Shown: positions 1 to 11,215 of the stretch, piece after piece
Numbering within the stretch: position 1 is the first letter of the stretch
Layout of the letters: the number at the start of each line of letters is the position of its first letter
DNA from: Octopus sinensis
Taxonomy: Eukaryota
Reading direction: 5' to 3'
DNA length: 64,000 nt
Assembly (NCBI RefSeq): GCF_006345805.1
Contig: NC_043002.1
Location: 3,844,001 to 3,908,000 of the forward strand
Program-made: the position numbers and the translations under genes
Notes under the pieces: generated by a model
Databases searched by the model: none
Seen by the model: the letters and a program-made list of their open reading frames with translations, nothing else
What the model was told of the DNA's origin: nothing

Positions 1-25
1 AGATGGATGGATGGATGGATGGATG

Positions 26-84
<59 letters not shown>

Positions 85-100
85 GGATGGATAGATAGAT

Positions 101-165
<65 letters not shown>

Positions 166-181
166 GGAGATATATATATTT

Positions 182-217
<36 letters not shown>

Positions 218-232
218 GGAGATAGATAGATA
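1..232. repeat. (GGAT)n/(AGAT)n microsatellite
   Basis: Tetranucleotide array read directly. Confidence 0.95.
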
Positions 233-282
233 AATAAAACGATAAAATGATATATAATCGCAATTAACATTGAAATACCTAC

Positions 283-372
283 CATCTGCGATAAAAGTAG
301 CTTCAAATCTTTCAAGCGTGAATTGGCATCCCGTAGATGGCAGTAAAAAACGGCATCATTTCTGGTAGTTTG
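283..372 (-). CDS. Candidate exon 5 of minus-strand secreted protein gene: QTTRNDAVFYCHLRDANSRLKDLKLLLSQM (or from downstream AG at 362-363: NDAVFY...SQM)
   Basis: Acceptor ttgttttcag, open 90-nt frame, donor atg|gtaggt; amphipathic Leu-rich sequence. Confidence 0.45.
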
Positions 373-664
373 CTGAAAACAAGCATTTGGGTAATGGCAG
401 GGAACTCCGATTTTTCTTGCTGGGGCACAAAGATAGTTGAGTTCTCTGTTTAGCTGGCTTTGGATACTGGTGTTGTATTGTGAAATCACGGCGGTCATGT
501 TTACTAAAGCCATCTAGATTGGAGGAAGAAACAACGAGAAATTGCGAAATAAAGACATGTTCTGATATGTTGAAAAATATAAAAGTGCCCGCGCACCTAC
601 ACGCATATCTCTGTCTGTCTCTCTCTATTTCATATGCATTCGTTAAACAAGCATTCATATATAT

Positions 665-865
665 CAGCGCTTTTCAAACTTTTTGCTGGAGCGGAACCCC
701 AAGGAAACATTCCACTGGCTCGAGGAACCCCCGTGCAATAATTTAATAGTCTTATGCACACATATCTGCACAGGAGACTTAGAAATTACTGTCGATTTTA
801 GCAGTTTTGTAACTTCTTGCGGAACCCCTGGACTGTACTGGCGGAACCCTGGTTGAAGACCACTG
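665..865. mobile_element. hAT-type MITE (~200 bp)
   Basis: Imperfect TIRs cagcgcttttcaaac / rc cagtggtcttcaacc (11/15); 8-bp flanks atatatat / gtatatat; internal gcggaaccc motifs. Confidence 0.6.
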
Positions 866-875
866 GTATATATAT

Positions 876-919
<44 letters not shown>

Positions 920-922
<3 letters not shown>

Positions 923-1228
923 AATTGAATAAGGGTAGAAATTGATATTAATCAATTAAAACCAGTGGCCTAGCATATTTAAGAAAAAAATCCGAAGATT
1001 AAAATTTTTTTTATATACAAAATTTAGAGGATTGACCACTAAACAAATGGACAGCCTGTATGCTAGATATAGACGTCAAAATCGCCATTTTCCACGAAGA
1101 ATGTGTTCTCAAGAAAAAAATTCAGCAAAAAAACAAAGTGTAAAAATAAGCAAGACAAATGAAAATATACGAAATAGAAAAAAACCATTACCTATGTACT
1201 AATTAGTACATAGGTAGTCGTATAATTT

Positions 1229-1283
<55 letters not shown>

Positions 1284-1346
1284 CAAACATACATCTGTTT
1301 GTTGTCTACACCACCTGTCTTCATTTTTTGCTTTTTTGTGAATTCT

Positions 1347-1350
<4 letters not shown>
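920..1350 (-). repeat. Penelope-type terminal-repeat fragment
   Basis: Reverse complement resembles 32240-32420 (same ...atgctagaccact...aatatcaatttctacc end), flanked by (TG)n/(TA)n. Confidence 0.55.
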
Positions 1351-1407
<57 letters not shown>

Positions 1408-1425
1408 TATATATATATATATATA

Positions 1426-1566
1426 GCGGTTCGGCAAAAGAGACCGATAGAATAAGTACTGGGCTTACAAAGAATAAGTCCCGGGGTCGATTTGCTCGAC
1501 TAAAGGCGGTGCTCCAGCATGGCCGCAGTCAAATGACTGAAACAAGTAAAAGAGTAAAGAGTAAGA
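1426..1566 (+). mobile_element. SINE family A, 3' tail only
   Basis: Near-identical to the 3' part of the full copy at 45495-45905. Confidence 0.85.
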
Positions 1567-1734
1567 GTATATATATATATATATATACATACATACATAC
1601 ACACACACACATATATATATACATACACATGATTTGATAAATGTCCACGCACGAAACTCTTGGATCTTGAGTCACTCTGTTACCTCTGATAAATATTAAT
1701 AAAAATGTACATATTTTTCTGTTTGCATCACCAT

Positions 1735-2245
1735 ATCTATCTATCTATCTGTCTGGCTCTTCGTGTGTATGTGTGTCTGTCTGTCTATGTATGTATGTAT
1801 GTATGTATGTATGTATGTATGTATGTATGTATGTATGTATGTATGTATGCATGTGTGTATGTATGTATGTATGTATGTATGTATGCATGTATGTGTGTGT
1901 ATGTATGTATGTATGTATGTGTGTATGTATGCATGTATGTGTGTGTGTATGTATGTATGCATGTATGTGTGTGTGTATGTATGTATGTATGTATGCATGT
2001 ATGTGTGTGTGTATGTATGTATGTATGTATGTATGTATGTATGTATGTATGTATGTATGTATGTATGTATGCATGTATGTATGTGTGTATGCATGTATGT
2101 ATGCATGTATGTGTGTGTGTATGTATGTATGTATGTGTGTGTATGTATGTATGTATGTATGTATGTATGCATGTATGTGTGTGTGTATGTATGTATGTAT
2201 GTATGTATGTATGTATGTGTGTATGTATGTATGTATGTATGTATG

Positions 2246-2277
<32 letters not shown>

Positions 2278-2461
2278 TGTATGTATGCATGTGTGTATGT
2301 ATGTATGTATGTATGTATGTATGTATGTATGCATGTGTGTATGTATGTATGTATGTATGTATGTATGTATGTATGTATGTATGTATATGTATGTATGTAT
2401 GTATGTATGTATGCATGTGTGTATGTATGTATGTATGTATGTATGTATGTATGTATGTATG

Positions 2462-2527
<66 letters not shown>

Positions 2528-2665
2528 TATGTATGTATGTATATAGTATGTATGTATGTAGTATGTATGTATGTATGTATGTATGTATGTATGTATGTAT
2601 GTATGTATGTATGTTGTATGTATGTATGTATGTAGTATGTATGTATGTATAGGTGTGTGTATGTA
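1735..2665. repeat. ~930-bp (ATGT)n microsatellite with GT/GC variant units
   Basis: Read directly; explains all MYVC/HTYI ORFs. Confidence 0.97.
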
Positions 2666-2670
2666 GATAC

Positions 2671-2774
2671 ATATGGTTTTCTGTGTTTGTCAAGAAGTCA
2701 CCGAAAAGAATAACAAAGCTGGGCAACTGCTCCATGTTATTAGAAATTGAAACGTCAACGTTGATGTAAGTTTG
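2671..2774 (-). CDS. Candidate exon 4 of secreted protein gene: QTYINVDVSISNNMEQLPSFVILFGDFLTNTENH
   Basis: Acceptor ...cacgattaaaag| in phase 0 with exon 3; open frame; weak phase-2 donor at|gtatct directly before the (ACAT)n array. Confidence 0.4.
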
Positions 2775-4313
2775 CTTTTAATCGTGCGTGAAAATGGAGG
2801 TCAATGCATTCAGCGTGTCGCCTGATATGAAGGTTGGATTCTAGTAACACTGCCGCAACATTTATTACAACAAAATTCACTGAACAACAGAAGAAAATTA
2901 ACGGACATCAAACGACATTATATAGAAAAGCTAATAGGGTGGAGTGGTGGCCGAATGTTTGGGGTGACGGATAAAATGCCTTGTGATATTTAGTCAAAAG
3001 CCGTTCAAGTCTGACCTGAGCTCAAATTCCGTCGCGATCAACTTATCTTTCATTTCTGCGAGGTCGATAAGATAAAATAATAGTCAGGTAAAGATGGATT
3101 TAATCGATTAACCTCTCGGATCTTTTCTATTCTGAAGCCAGTTTTTTCAAATTTTTCCTACTGAACCAAACAATTTCAAATTTCGTATACTGGTAGAATG
3201 TGTCAAAAGTAAACTTAATTGTAAACCAGAATGAAAACGGAATTGTAACTTCTAAGTTTAACGTTGTTTAATAATTAGAATTTTAACCAATGATATTCCG
3301 TCATTCGGCTTTATTTTATTTACTCCGTCTCGACCACCAATTTCGTGACGTATTAAACATCTTAAATGTAAACAAGCGCATCCTTCTAATTATTTAACGT
3401 ACTCATGTTTCCAGGATCCTATAGTCAGCCACCTTCTAATAACAATATTTAAAACTAGTTAATAAGCCACATGTATTAAATTGAAAATGTTTCCATTTGT
3501 ATTTATTTGTGCAAAAGGCAAGAAATAGGCGAAGTTTACGACAAGCGAAACTTCGCCGAAATTTAATATTAAAAAAGCAGCGAGCTGGCAGAAACGTTAG
3601 CACGCCGGGCGAAATGCGTAGCAGTATTTCGTCTGTCGCTATGTTCTGTGTTTGTTTACAGTTTTCCGAACGTTAGTACGTCACAAAAGCGCTTTCTACG
3701 TCACACTAATAGAATGCAGTCAAGTTTTACACATGAAAACAAACAATCTGATTGGTTAAAATTCGCAGTTTTAATCTAAGATTAAAGTCATAAAATAGAT
3801 TTTTCTCAAATAAACTAGTTCCAACCTGTGTCTTGTTTTGCTAGACTCTATCAGCATACGAAGTTTCAGAATATTTAGTTAAGTAGAAAGATCTGTGGTC
3901 CTGGCTTCAGAATTGAAAAGATCCAAGCTGGGTCTCCCACTAAATGTCCAGCTCTATTCCTTTGATAGAAACAATTATTAAAATGGTCAATAAACCCGAG
4001 ATTTCACTTAAAAACTGATACATGAGGAAGTCACCTCCATGAAAAATAAATCCTTTTGAATAAAAAAAAATTAAAGAAGAGAAACAAAGTAACAAAGAAA
4101 ACAAATATAGACGAAGGAATCTTTATGTTGTCGCTTGAACTGTAAAAATGGCTGCTGCTAAATCTCGCTCAAATCACAGCCGTCATTTTGAGTTCAATAC
4201 TGGAACGATCGAGATTCCCATAGTTTGTGATTTTGTATCGAATAAATTACAGTTGAGTCGGGACTAACGACAACAATAGTATTTGAAACAACAATAAAAT
4301 GGTATTTGAATGA

Positions 4314-4425
4314 CTAAGCTTTCAATGTATGCAACAACAAAAACAAACGAACAAAAGACTACGTTATTTAAAGAAAAGTCCATACATATATGCAGACACA
4401 TGTGTGTACGTGTACGTATATACAT

Positions 4426-4471
<46 letters not shown>

Positions 4472-4583
4472 ATGTATATACGTACACGTACACACATGTG
4501 TCTGCATATATGTATGGACTTTTCTTTAAATAACGTAGTCTTTTGTTCGTTTGTTTTTGTTGTTGCATACATTGAAAGCTTAG
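4314..4583. repeat. 270-bp perfect palindrome centred on (TA)n
   Basis: Arms pair from c4314/g4583 inward; ORFs 4329-4529(+) and 4368-4568(-) translate identically. Confidence 0.95.
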
Positions 4584-4589
4584 AAGGAT

Positions 4590-4750
4590 TGTTGCTCAGT
4601 AGAATTTCGTTTCGGGACTCTTTGTTTAAAACTCTGGCAGACCAAAACCTTTTCCTACTTCTTGTAGAAAGGTTATGTACCTTCGACCAACGAGTCTGGC
4701 GAGTCACCTATACAGCTAAGAATTTTATAGATGCTAAACCAATTTGGTGC
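4590..4750 (-). mobile_element. Decayed Penelope-like C-terminal fragment
   Basis: KVHNLST...VLNKESRNEIL resembles the CNLC...LNKRNE C-terminal motif of Penelope-like ORFs. Confidence 0.4.
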
Positions 4751-4809
4751 AGTAATACTAAAAAAGTTGTTGGTTACGGCCGCTCAAGGAGTTGCCTTTT
4801 TTACTACCA

Positions 4810-4845
<36 letters not shown>

Positions 4846-4848
<3 letters not shown>

Positions 4849-5345
4849 GGTACTAACACCCGCAGAAGGAAGCGCCGCAGAAATATCATTTGGTTTGCAC
4901 CCCCCCCTTTCTCCCTCAACGTAAAAACGTGTGTAGGTAGGATGTTCATCAGCTTAGTTGATAAACACTTTACACGTTCATATAAGTACGAATGCATTTT
5001 CAACAGACACAACTTAAGGGTCTCTTTTAGCTGCGCCCCTAATATCAAGAACATTTTAGTCAATTGCGGTAACGCGTTCAAACAGGGCCTCTCCACAGTT
5101 TCTCTTTGAGGATCCTGGAAAGGAGATACGCTACGTCCTTCCCCAGCCATGCATGGCGGCTGAAGGACGATGAAACCCCATATATAGTATCATGGAAGAT
5201 TCTAGAAACTCCAGACCCCTACAAAAATCTGACTAAGCGTTGTAAACTGTTCGTGAACGAGCGATGACATTAAAGGACTTCCTCGACCTGGGGAACATCC
5301 TTAACTCCAGAACAGGAGTCTTCGGACCCTTGTTGCACTTCCCGA
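4846..5345 (+). mobile_element. Decayed Penelope-like element (RT thumb/linker and C-terminus)
   Basis: RKRRRNIIWFAPPPFSLNVKTCVGRMFISLVDKHF...VSFSCAPNIKNI and SWKILETPDPYKNLTKRCKL match Penelope-like motifs and the copy at 39005-39850. Confidence 0.75.
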
Positions 5346-6243
5346 AATTCCTGATGACGTCCTGGGACCCACACGCCAACATGGTCAATTACTTAGCGGT
5401 CAAAGGGAGACAATCCTCCATTTTCTAGAGAGGCCACTTGCTGGAGAGACCATAGGCCAATGGGTTTTAGGATCTGAAGAAACGCTGTAAAGCTAAGCAC
5501 TTTATGGACGTGAAACTCAGGATAGCACCATAGATTGGCCATGTCTATCTTGATCTCTATAACTCTACTGCTCTATAACTTCTTTTTCGGATTTATGATT
5601 TACTGAACACACACACACACACCTGCATTTGTTAGAAGGTTCGAATCATAATCGACTGAATTGATTACACTATATTAGCCCCAACATTTAGTCTGCTAAT
5701 GTTGCAACCCTGACGCTCCCTCACCATTCTTGGGCAAAATTATATGAATCCATATTTATATTCACAGAATAGCGCAATGTTTTTTACTCCAGCCAATTAT
5801 CGGTTCTGTCAATTTATTGCCGTTTCCTATAAACATTGTCTTGGCACTGAGGTATACTGAAGACCCATAAAACTCTTGCTTTACTACAGCACAAGACTCT
5901 AAAATGGGTGACCTAACTCTGACGTGAAGAGATGGGATTAGAGAATTAAATTAGATTATCCTCTTTGTGATAAAAGTTATTATTAGCTTGGTTGAACCTT
6001 CGAAAACTTAGTCTTTCGATTTGCTTGTTACCCACTTAAAAAACAAAAATTTCGTTATGGTCTTTCCCACTCAAAGACCACCGAATCATCGGGACTTTTC
6101 CAATCCCAGATGAAACCCACCAGAGTTGCGTGAAAATGACCGCTTCTTTTCTTCTTCAAATCAACCCCAATGAAGAAGAAAATATTGACCTAATGAAACA
6201 ATCGCTGGTTGTAAAAATACTGAAATATTCATTAAAAACATAC

Positions 6244-6378
6244 CTGGAAATCGTCGTAGTTTGTGAAATCCAAAGTTTCATTGAGGTGTAGTTCGGGAAA
6301 AGTTGAATCTATTGACTTGGTTATTTCTCGGATAAAATTACTACAGTTGTAGCAGGAAGGGTACACTGAGTGGTTACA
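6244..6378 (-). CDS. Exon 3 of secreted protein gene: CNHSVYPSCYNCSNFIREITKSIDSTFPELHLNETLDFTNYDDFQ
   Basis: Strong acceptor ttcattttttag|, donor cag|gtatgt, 135 nt, phase 0-0, open, 3 Cys, sequons NHS/NCS/NET. Confidence 0.7.
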
Positions 6379-6727
6379 CTAAAAAATGAAATAAATTATA
6401 TTAATTACATAATATTAATTACTTCATAATTAGTTAAACAAGGTAGAAATCGATTAGAGGTGTTTCGTGTATTTTATCTCTCAATAATTAAGAGTTGTTT
6501 TTTTAAGAATTTTTATCAAGATATAATTATTGATTTGAAAAAGTCTTAGCAATTGGTAAATTAGAAAGTTGTAGAAGATAGGACATGGTCGTAGAGGGAT
6601 GAAAAATGATGCCTTTGACTTTGGTGTCGTTCGATCTCGTAACCTGAAAACTTAACGAAATAAGATGAGGCAATTGGTTCAGTATTTTGCTATTCCTGAC
6701 AAACGATCGATCATCCAGCACAGTGAT

Positions 6728-6876
6728 TTCCGATATCGCCATCGAACATACACAATCGATTAAATTGATCCCCGGTATATTACTGGTGACTGGTCAATCG
6801 TTCCGATATTGCCATCGAACATACACAATCGATTAAATTGATCCCCGGTATATTACTGGTGACTGGTCAATCGTTC
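6728..6876. repeat. Tandem duplication, 73-bp unit x2
   Basis: Two adjacent copies with one substitution. Confidence 0.9.
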
Positions 6877-7055
6877 ACGGAAGGATGAAGCCCTACTTAC
6901 TGACTTATCGCCCAGAAAGGATTAATGACAAAATCAAATCTGGTGAGATTTGAACTTAGAAAATAAATTAACTCAAAATACCACAAGGTATTTCGTTGGT
7001 CCCTCAACCGCCATTCCATAATTATTATTATTTTTAACATATAATTATTACTTAC

Positions 7056-7210
7056 ATAATACTGCAATACGTTTCCAACTACGACTCTTGTCATTATCGA
7101 TGATTCTTTTGCCGAAGTGAGGAGTTCATCTGTGGCCGACGAAGGAATTGGTGAGGCAAAGATTTGCAAAGCATAACTGTAGAGCAATACGACGGCGATG
7201 AAACGGCAAA
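7056..7210 (-). CDS. Exon 2 of secreted protein gene (signal peptide + first helix): (V)CRFIAVVLLYSYALQIFASPIPSSATDELLTSAKESSIMTRVVVGNVLQYY
   Basis: Acceptor tttttgcattatgcctctatcgttccag|, donor tat|gtaagt, 155 nt, phase 1-0; hydrophobic core and IFA|SP cleavage-like site. Confidence 0.7.
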
Positions 7211-7252
7211 CTGGAACGATAGAGGCATAATGCAAAAATTATTTTGGCTTCG

Positions 7253-7292
<40 letters not shown>

Positions 7293-7378
7293 CCAAAAAG
7301 AAAAACAAACAGCAGAAAGAAAAATCATTATTTGCTGAGAAGAAAATAATGTACAGAAAGCGAAAAATCTGATCTTAC

Positions 7379-7382
7379 CCAT
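7379..7382 (-). CDS. Exon 1 coding part (ATGG) of secreted protein gene
   Basis: acaATGg|gtaaga: good initiation context and canonical donor; phase 1 joins exon 2 to give MVCRF...; 168-nt intron. Confidence 0.6.
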
Positions 7383-7546
7383 TGTGGATATTTGGATTTT
7401 GGTGATTTTATCAGTGAAGTGTACAGTTGGCTATGTCTACCTAGTGTGAAAGATAGCTGTTTTGTTGTAAGGTCGGCGTTAATTTGAAGCTTTAAGATCG
7501 TTAGCAAGGCGAGATAGTGACCAATTGCAAACCTTTGAGTTTGTGA

Positions 7547-7577
7547 TGAGTGAAAGCCATAACAACCCCTTTTTATA
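7547..7577 (-). promoter_or_regulatory. TATA box (TATAAAAA, 7577-7570) with Inr-like TCA 26-30 nt downstream
   Basis: Correct spacing and orientation, ~170 nt upstream of the proposed ATG. Confidence 0.5.
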
Positions 7578-7758
7578 GCAGATTACTTTAAATCTTTAAA
7601 CAGAAATTTGTACCTTGCTGGAATTCGTTGCATTTCAACACGGAACAATTTCAACCCTTAAACCAGGAATTCTGATGTCTAGGATTTAGTTACAAAGAAT
7701 AGCCATATATAGTAGGTCGTCAAATGTTGATGTGTGGGTGCGAATGTTGATGAGAGCG

Positions 7759-7774
<16 letters not shown>

Positions 7775-7789
<15 letters not shown>

Positions 7790-8874
7790 CTTTGTTTCAC
7801 AATTCGTACATCGAGACAATGGAGCTGGGGTTGTTTATTGGATCAAAGTATTCCGTTTACTTTACAAAGAAACTCGTAGAAATAACTTTAGGAAGTTAAA
7901 TAGGAAAGATGACAGAGGTTTGCGCCGAAGGTTTATTACGAAATATGTTCCTTCACTTGAAATTGTAACTTTTATTTTTTTTCTATCGGAATTTCTTAGA
8001 TCCTCCAATCAATAAACGTAAAGAAACGAAAGTTGTTCCGTTTCTTTGTAATTCTCCTTCATTTTAATCAAGGAGGAGGTGAAATAAGTTTCAGGAAATA
8101 GATTCGTCTTTTGTCATTTTCTCTTAGTTTCAATCCACTTTACTCGGGCGTTACAATTCAGTCCAGAGCTTTTTTTTTTAAATCTTAAGCCTTGTAATTA
8201 TTCTAAAGGTCTCTTCTGTCGAACTGCTAAGTTACGGGAACGTAAATAAATACAAGCACAACACACACACACACACACGCGCGCGCGCGGTGGGTTTCTT
8301 TTAGATTTCATCTTCCATGTTTGTGTGTGTGTGTGTGTGTGTCTTTGTTTCACAATTCGTACATCGAGACAATGGAGCTGGGGTTGTTTATTGGATCAAA
8401 GTATTCCGTTTACTTTACAAAGAAACTCGTAGAAATAACTTTAGGAAGTTAAATAGGAAAGATGACAGAGGTTTGCGCCGAAGGTTTATTACGAAATATG
8501 TTCCTTCACTTGAAATTGTAACTTTTATTTTTTTTCTATCGGAATTTCTTAGATCCTCCAATCAATAAACGTAAAGAAACGAAAGTTGTTCCGTTTCTTT
8601 GTAATTCTCCTTCATTTTAATCAAGGAGGAGGTGAAATAAGTTTCAGGAAATAGATTCGTCTTTTGTCATTTTCTCTTAGTTTCAATCCACTTTACTCGG
8701 GCGTTACAATTCAGTCCAGAGCTTTTTTTTTTAAATCTTAAGCCTTGTAATTATTCTAAAGGTCTCTTCTGTCGAACTGCTAAGTTACGGGAACGTAAAT
8801 AAATACAAGCACAACACACACACACACACACGCGCGCGCGCGGTGGGTTTCTTTTAGATTTCATCTTCCATGTT

Positions 8875-8890
<16 letters not shown>
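7775..8890. repeat. Tandem duplication, 553-bp unit x2, bounded by (TG)n
   Basis: Identical ORF ends at 8015 and 8568; units appear identical. Confidence 0.92.
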
Positions 8891-8913
<23 letters not shown>

Positions 8914-8967
8914 GCGAGAGCGAGAGAGAGAACGAGAGAGAGAGAGAGAGAGAGTGAGAGAGAGAGC

Positions 8968-8999
<32 letters not shown>

Positions 9000-9002
9000 G
9001 AG

Positions 9003-9089
<87 letters not shown>

Positions 9090-9103
9090 GAGAGAGAGAG
9101 AGA
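8890..9103. repeat. (GA)n microsatellite with GAGC variants
   Basis: Read directly. Confidence 0.95.
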
Positions 9104-9114
9104 AAGAGTTAGCG

Positions 9115-9277
9115 ACGGTCTTCTTTCAGTTTCGGTCTACCAAATCCATTCACAAGACTTTGGTCGGTCCGAGGCTATGGTATAAGACATTTGCCAAAGG
9201 TGCCACGCAGAGGGACTGAACTCAGCGCTATGTGGATGGGAAGCAAGCTTCTTACCACGCAGCCACGCCTGCGCCTA
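9115..9277 (-). mobile_element. SINE family A, 5' half
   Basis: Reverse complement of the tRNA-like head and body. Confidence 0.8.
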
Positions 9278-9664
9278 TAAACTCAACAAAATTGTCGATA
9301 TTTTGCTTTTCTGGTCGACTTTCATGTTTGGAAATCCACGCTAAAGAATCCGTGAAGAACTGCAGCTCTGACAACGGAAACAACAATGGTGTCAGCAGAA
9401 CTGTCCGAAATGAGAAGAGGTCTTTGAAAAGATGATCGGAGAGACTGCTCACTGCTGACCTGTGGAATTGTGTCCAACAACGGTGATTGCGTGTGGTGGA
9501 CAGATTTTGGTGTTGTCCGAGTTAGCTTGAAATCTCTCTCTGTTACGTTCGATTAGAATCGAACGACAGCCATGTTCCTTCTGCTTAAGGACCATGGCAG
9601 AAGAGACTTAAGGTTTGAAATACCAAATCTTAATTTTCTGCTTTAAGTGCCACGTGAATATTCT

Positions 9665-9878
9665 TTTCTACTCTAGGCACAAGGCCCGAAATTTTAGGGG
9701 AGGGGACCAGTCGATTAGATCGACCCCAGTGCACAACTGGTGCTTAATTTATCGACCCCGAAAGGATGAAAGGTGAAGTCGACCTCGGCGGAATATGAAC
9801 TCACAACGTAACGGCAGACGAAATACCGCTAAGCATTTCGCCCGGCGCGCTAACGTCTCTGCCAGTTCGCCGCCTTAG
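9665..9878 (-). mobile_element. SINE family B
   Basis: Reverse complement of gcggcgaactggcag...ttcatcctttcggggtcgat, shared with 25890-26110 and 58812-59040. Confidence 0.85.
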
Positions 9879-10290
9879 TGCCACGTGAATATTAAACACG
9901 GAATGGAGAGTGAAATCCTGTCTTCTAGAAAATTGGGGAACAGGTGAGTGGGTAGCTAGGGCTTTGGTGTGTCTGGACGGGTTGCTGCAGTTTTCGTTTC
10001 TATTTTCCCAGCAAACAGGAAAATCATCTTTCTGTGTTTAGGGTCAACACAGAATTTGGGACAGGCATTAATTTCTCATCTGTCACTCGTCAATTTCGTA
10101 AACGTCACGAATACTTCATTTTATTCCCATTTTTGTTTTAATACCAAATTCAGGTCCCCTAACATCGATCCTCTTCTTCCCGCCATTAATATCCCATATT
10201 CGCGGCTTTTATCCTTAATCCATTCATCTTTTAATGACTTTCGTTCATCGAACTTGATATATATAAAGCCATCCTTCTGGAGTCAATAAA

Positions 10291-10484
10291 AGAGGTGCAG
10301 GCGTGGCCGTGTGGTAAGATGTTTTCTTCCCAACCACATGGTTCTGAGTTCAGTCCCACAGCATGGCACCTTGGGTAAGTGTCTCCTACTATAGCCCCAG
10401 GCCAACCATACAGCCTCACGCCAATCATCGTAGCCAAGTGAGTGGATTTAGTAGATGGAAAATGAAAGAAGCCTGTCATACAGA

Positions 10485-10546
<62 letters not shown>

Positions 10547-10710
10547 GTGTTTGTCCCCCATAACCTAGCGGTTAGGCAAAAAATACCGATAGAATAGGTA
10601 CCAGGTTTTAAAAAAATAAGAACTGGGGTCGATCCGTTCAAGTAAAACTCTTGAAAACGGTCCCTAAACTTGGCCGCAGTTCAGTGACGGAGACAAGTAA
10701 ACGATAAAGG
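10291..10710 (+). mobile_element. SINE family A variant, full length with internal (TG)n
   Basis: Pol III A/B-box-like head (tggccgtgtgg / gttcagtccc), same body and tail. Confidence 0.8.
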
Positions 10711-10969
10711 AGGAATTTGGTGAGGTTTTAAGAGATCGGGGAGGAGGATGGGTGGACGGGCGGGGTGTTCACTTGGCGCAAATGTTTCAGGTGTTCAGTG
10801 GAATTGGTTTTCTTGCGGAGATGATCACGCTTTTAGGACGGGGTTGCCCTGTTCTCTGCATGGACAATATCATCTGCCATGGGAGGAAAAAACCCAACTG
10901 AATTATCTGCAGTCTTACACGGCGTGGTCTTACAAGGGATCAGGCAGACGACAAGTCTAGGAATACGCA

Positions 10970-11215
10970 TGCACACACGCACACGCGCGCACACACACAC
11001 ACACATACACACACATACATACATACTCACACACACACATACACACACAAACACGCACACATACATACACACTCACACACTTATACACACACACACATAC
11101 ATAGATACACACTCACACATACATACACAAACACGCACACACACACATACACACACACATACACACTCTCTCTCGCACACACACACACATTTGTACACAT
11201 TTACATATGCACACA
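10970..11215. repeat. Compound (CA)n microsatellite
   Basis: Read directly. Confidence 0.9.

Noticed and set aside
1705-2735. Long ORFs (MYVC/HTYI repeats) in several frames
   Set aside because: Translations of the (ATGT)n microsatellite; the same applies to ORFs at 23488-23965, 35294-35660, 8878-9219 and other CA/TA/GA tracts.
5470-5530. CTGAAGA...GAAAC hammerhead-like motif
   Set aside because: Stem II forms but there is no NUH triplet or stem I partner; similar incomplete motifs near 22100-22135 (-) and 42440-42500 were also dropped.
6044-6189. Possible next exon (VNIFFF...KKRSGHF...WERP*) after a 54-nt intron
   Set aside because: Very short intron, weak support, and it gives an implausibly short, non-helical C-terminus; not excluded without RNA data.
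6897-7235. 112-aa single-exon ORF from the track
   Set aside because: Starts at TTG two codons after a stop and runs through a GTAAGT donor; better explained as exon 2 of a spliced gene.
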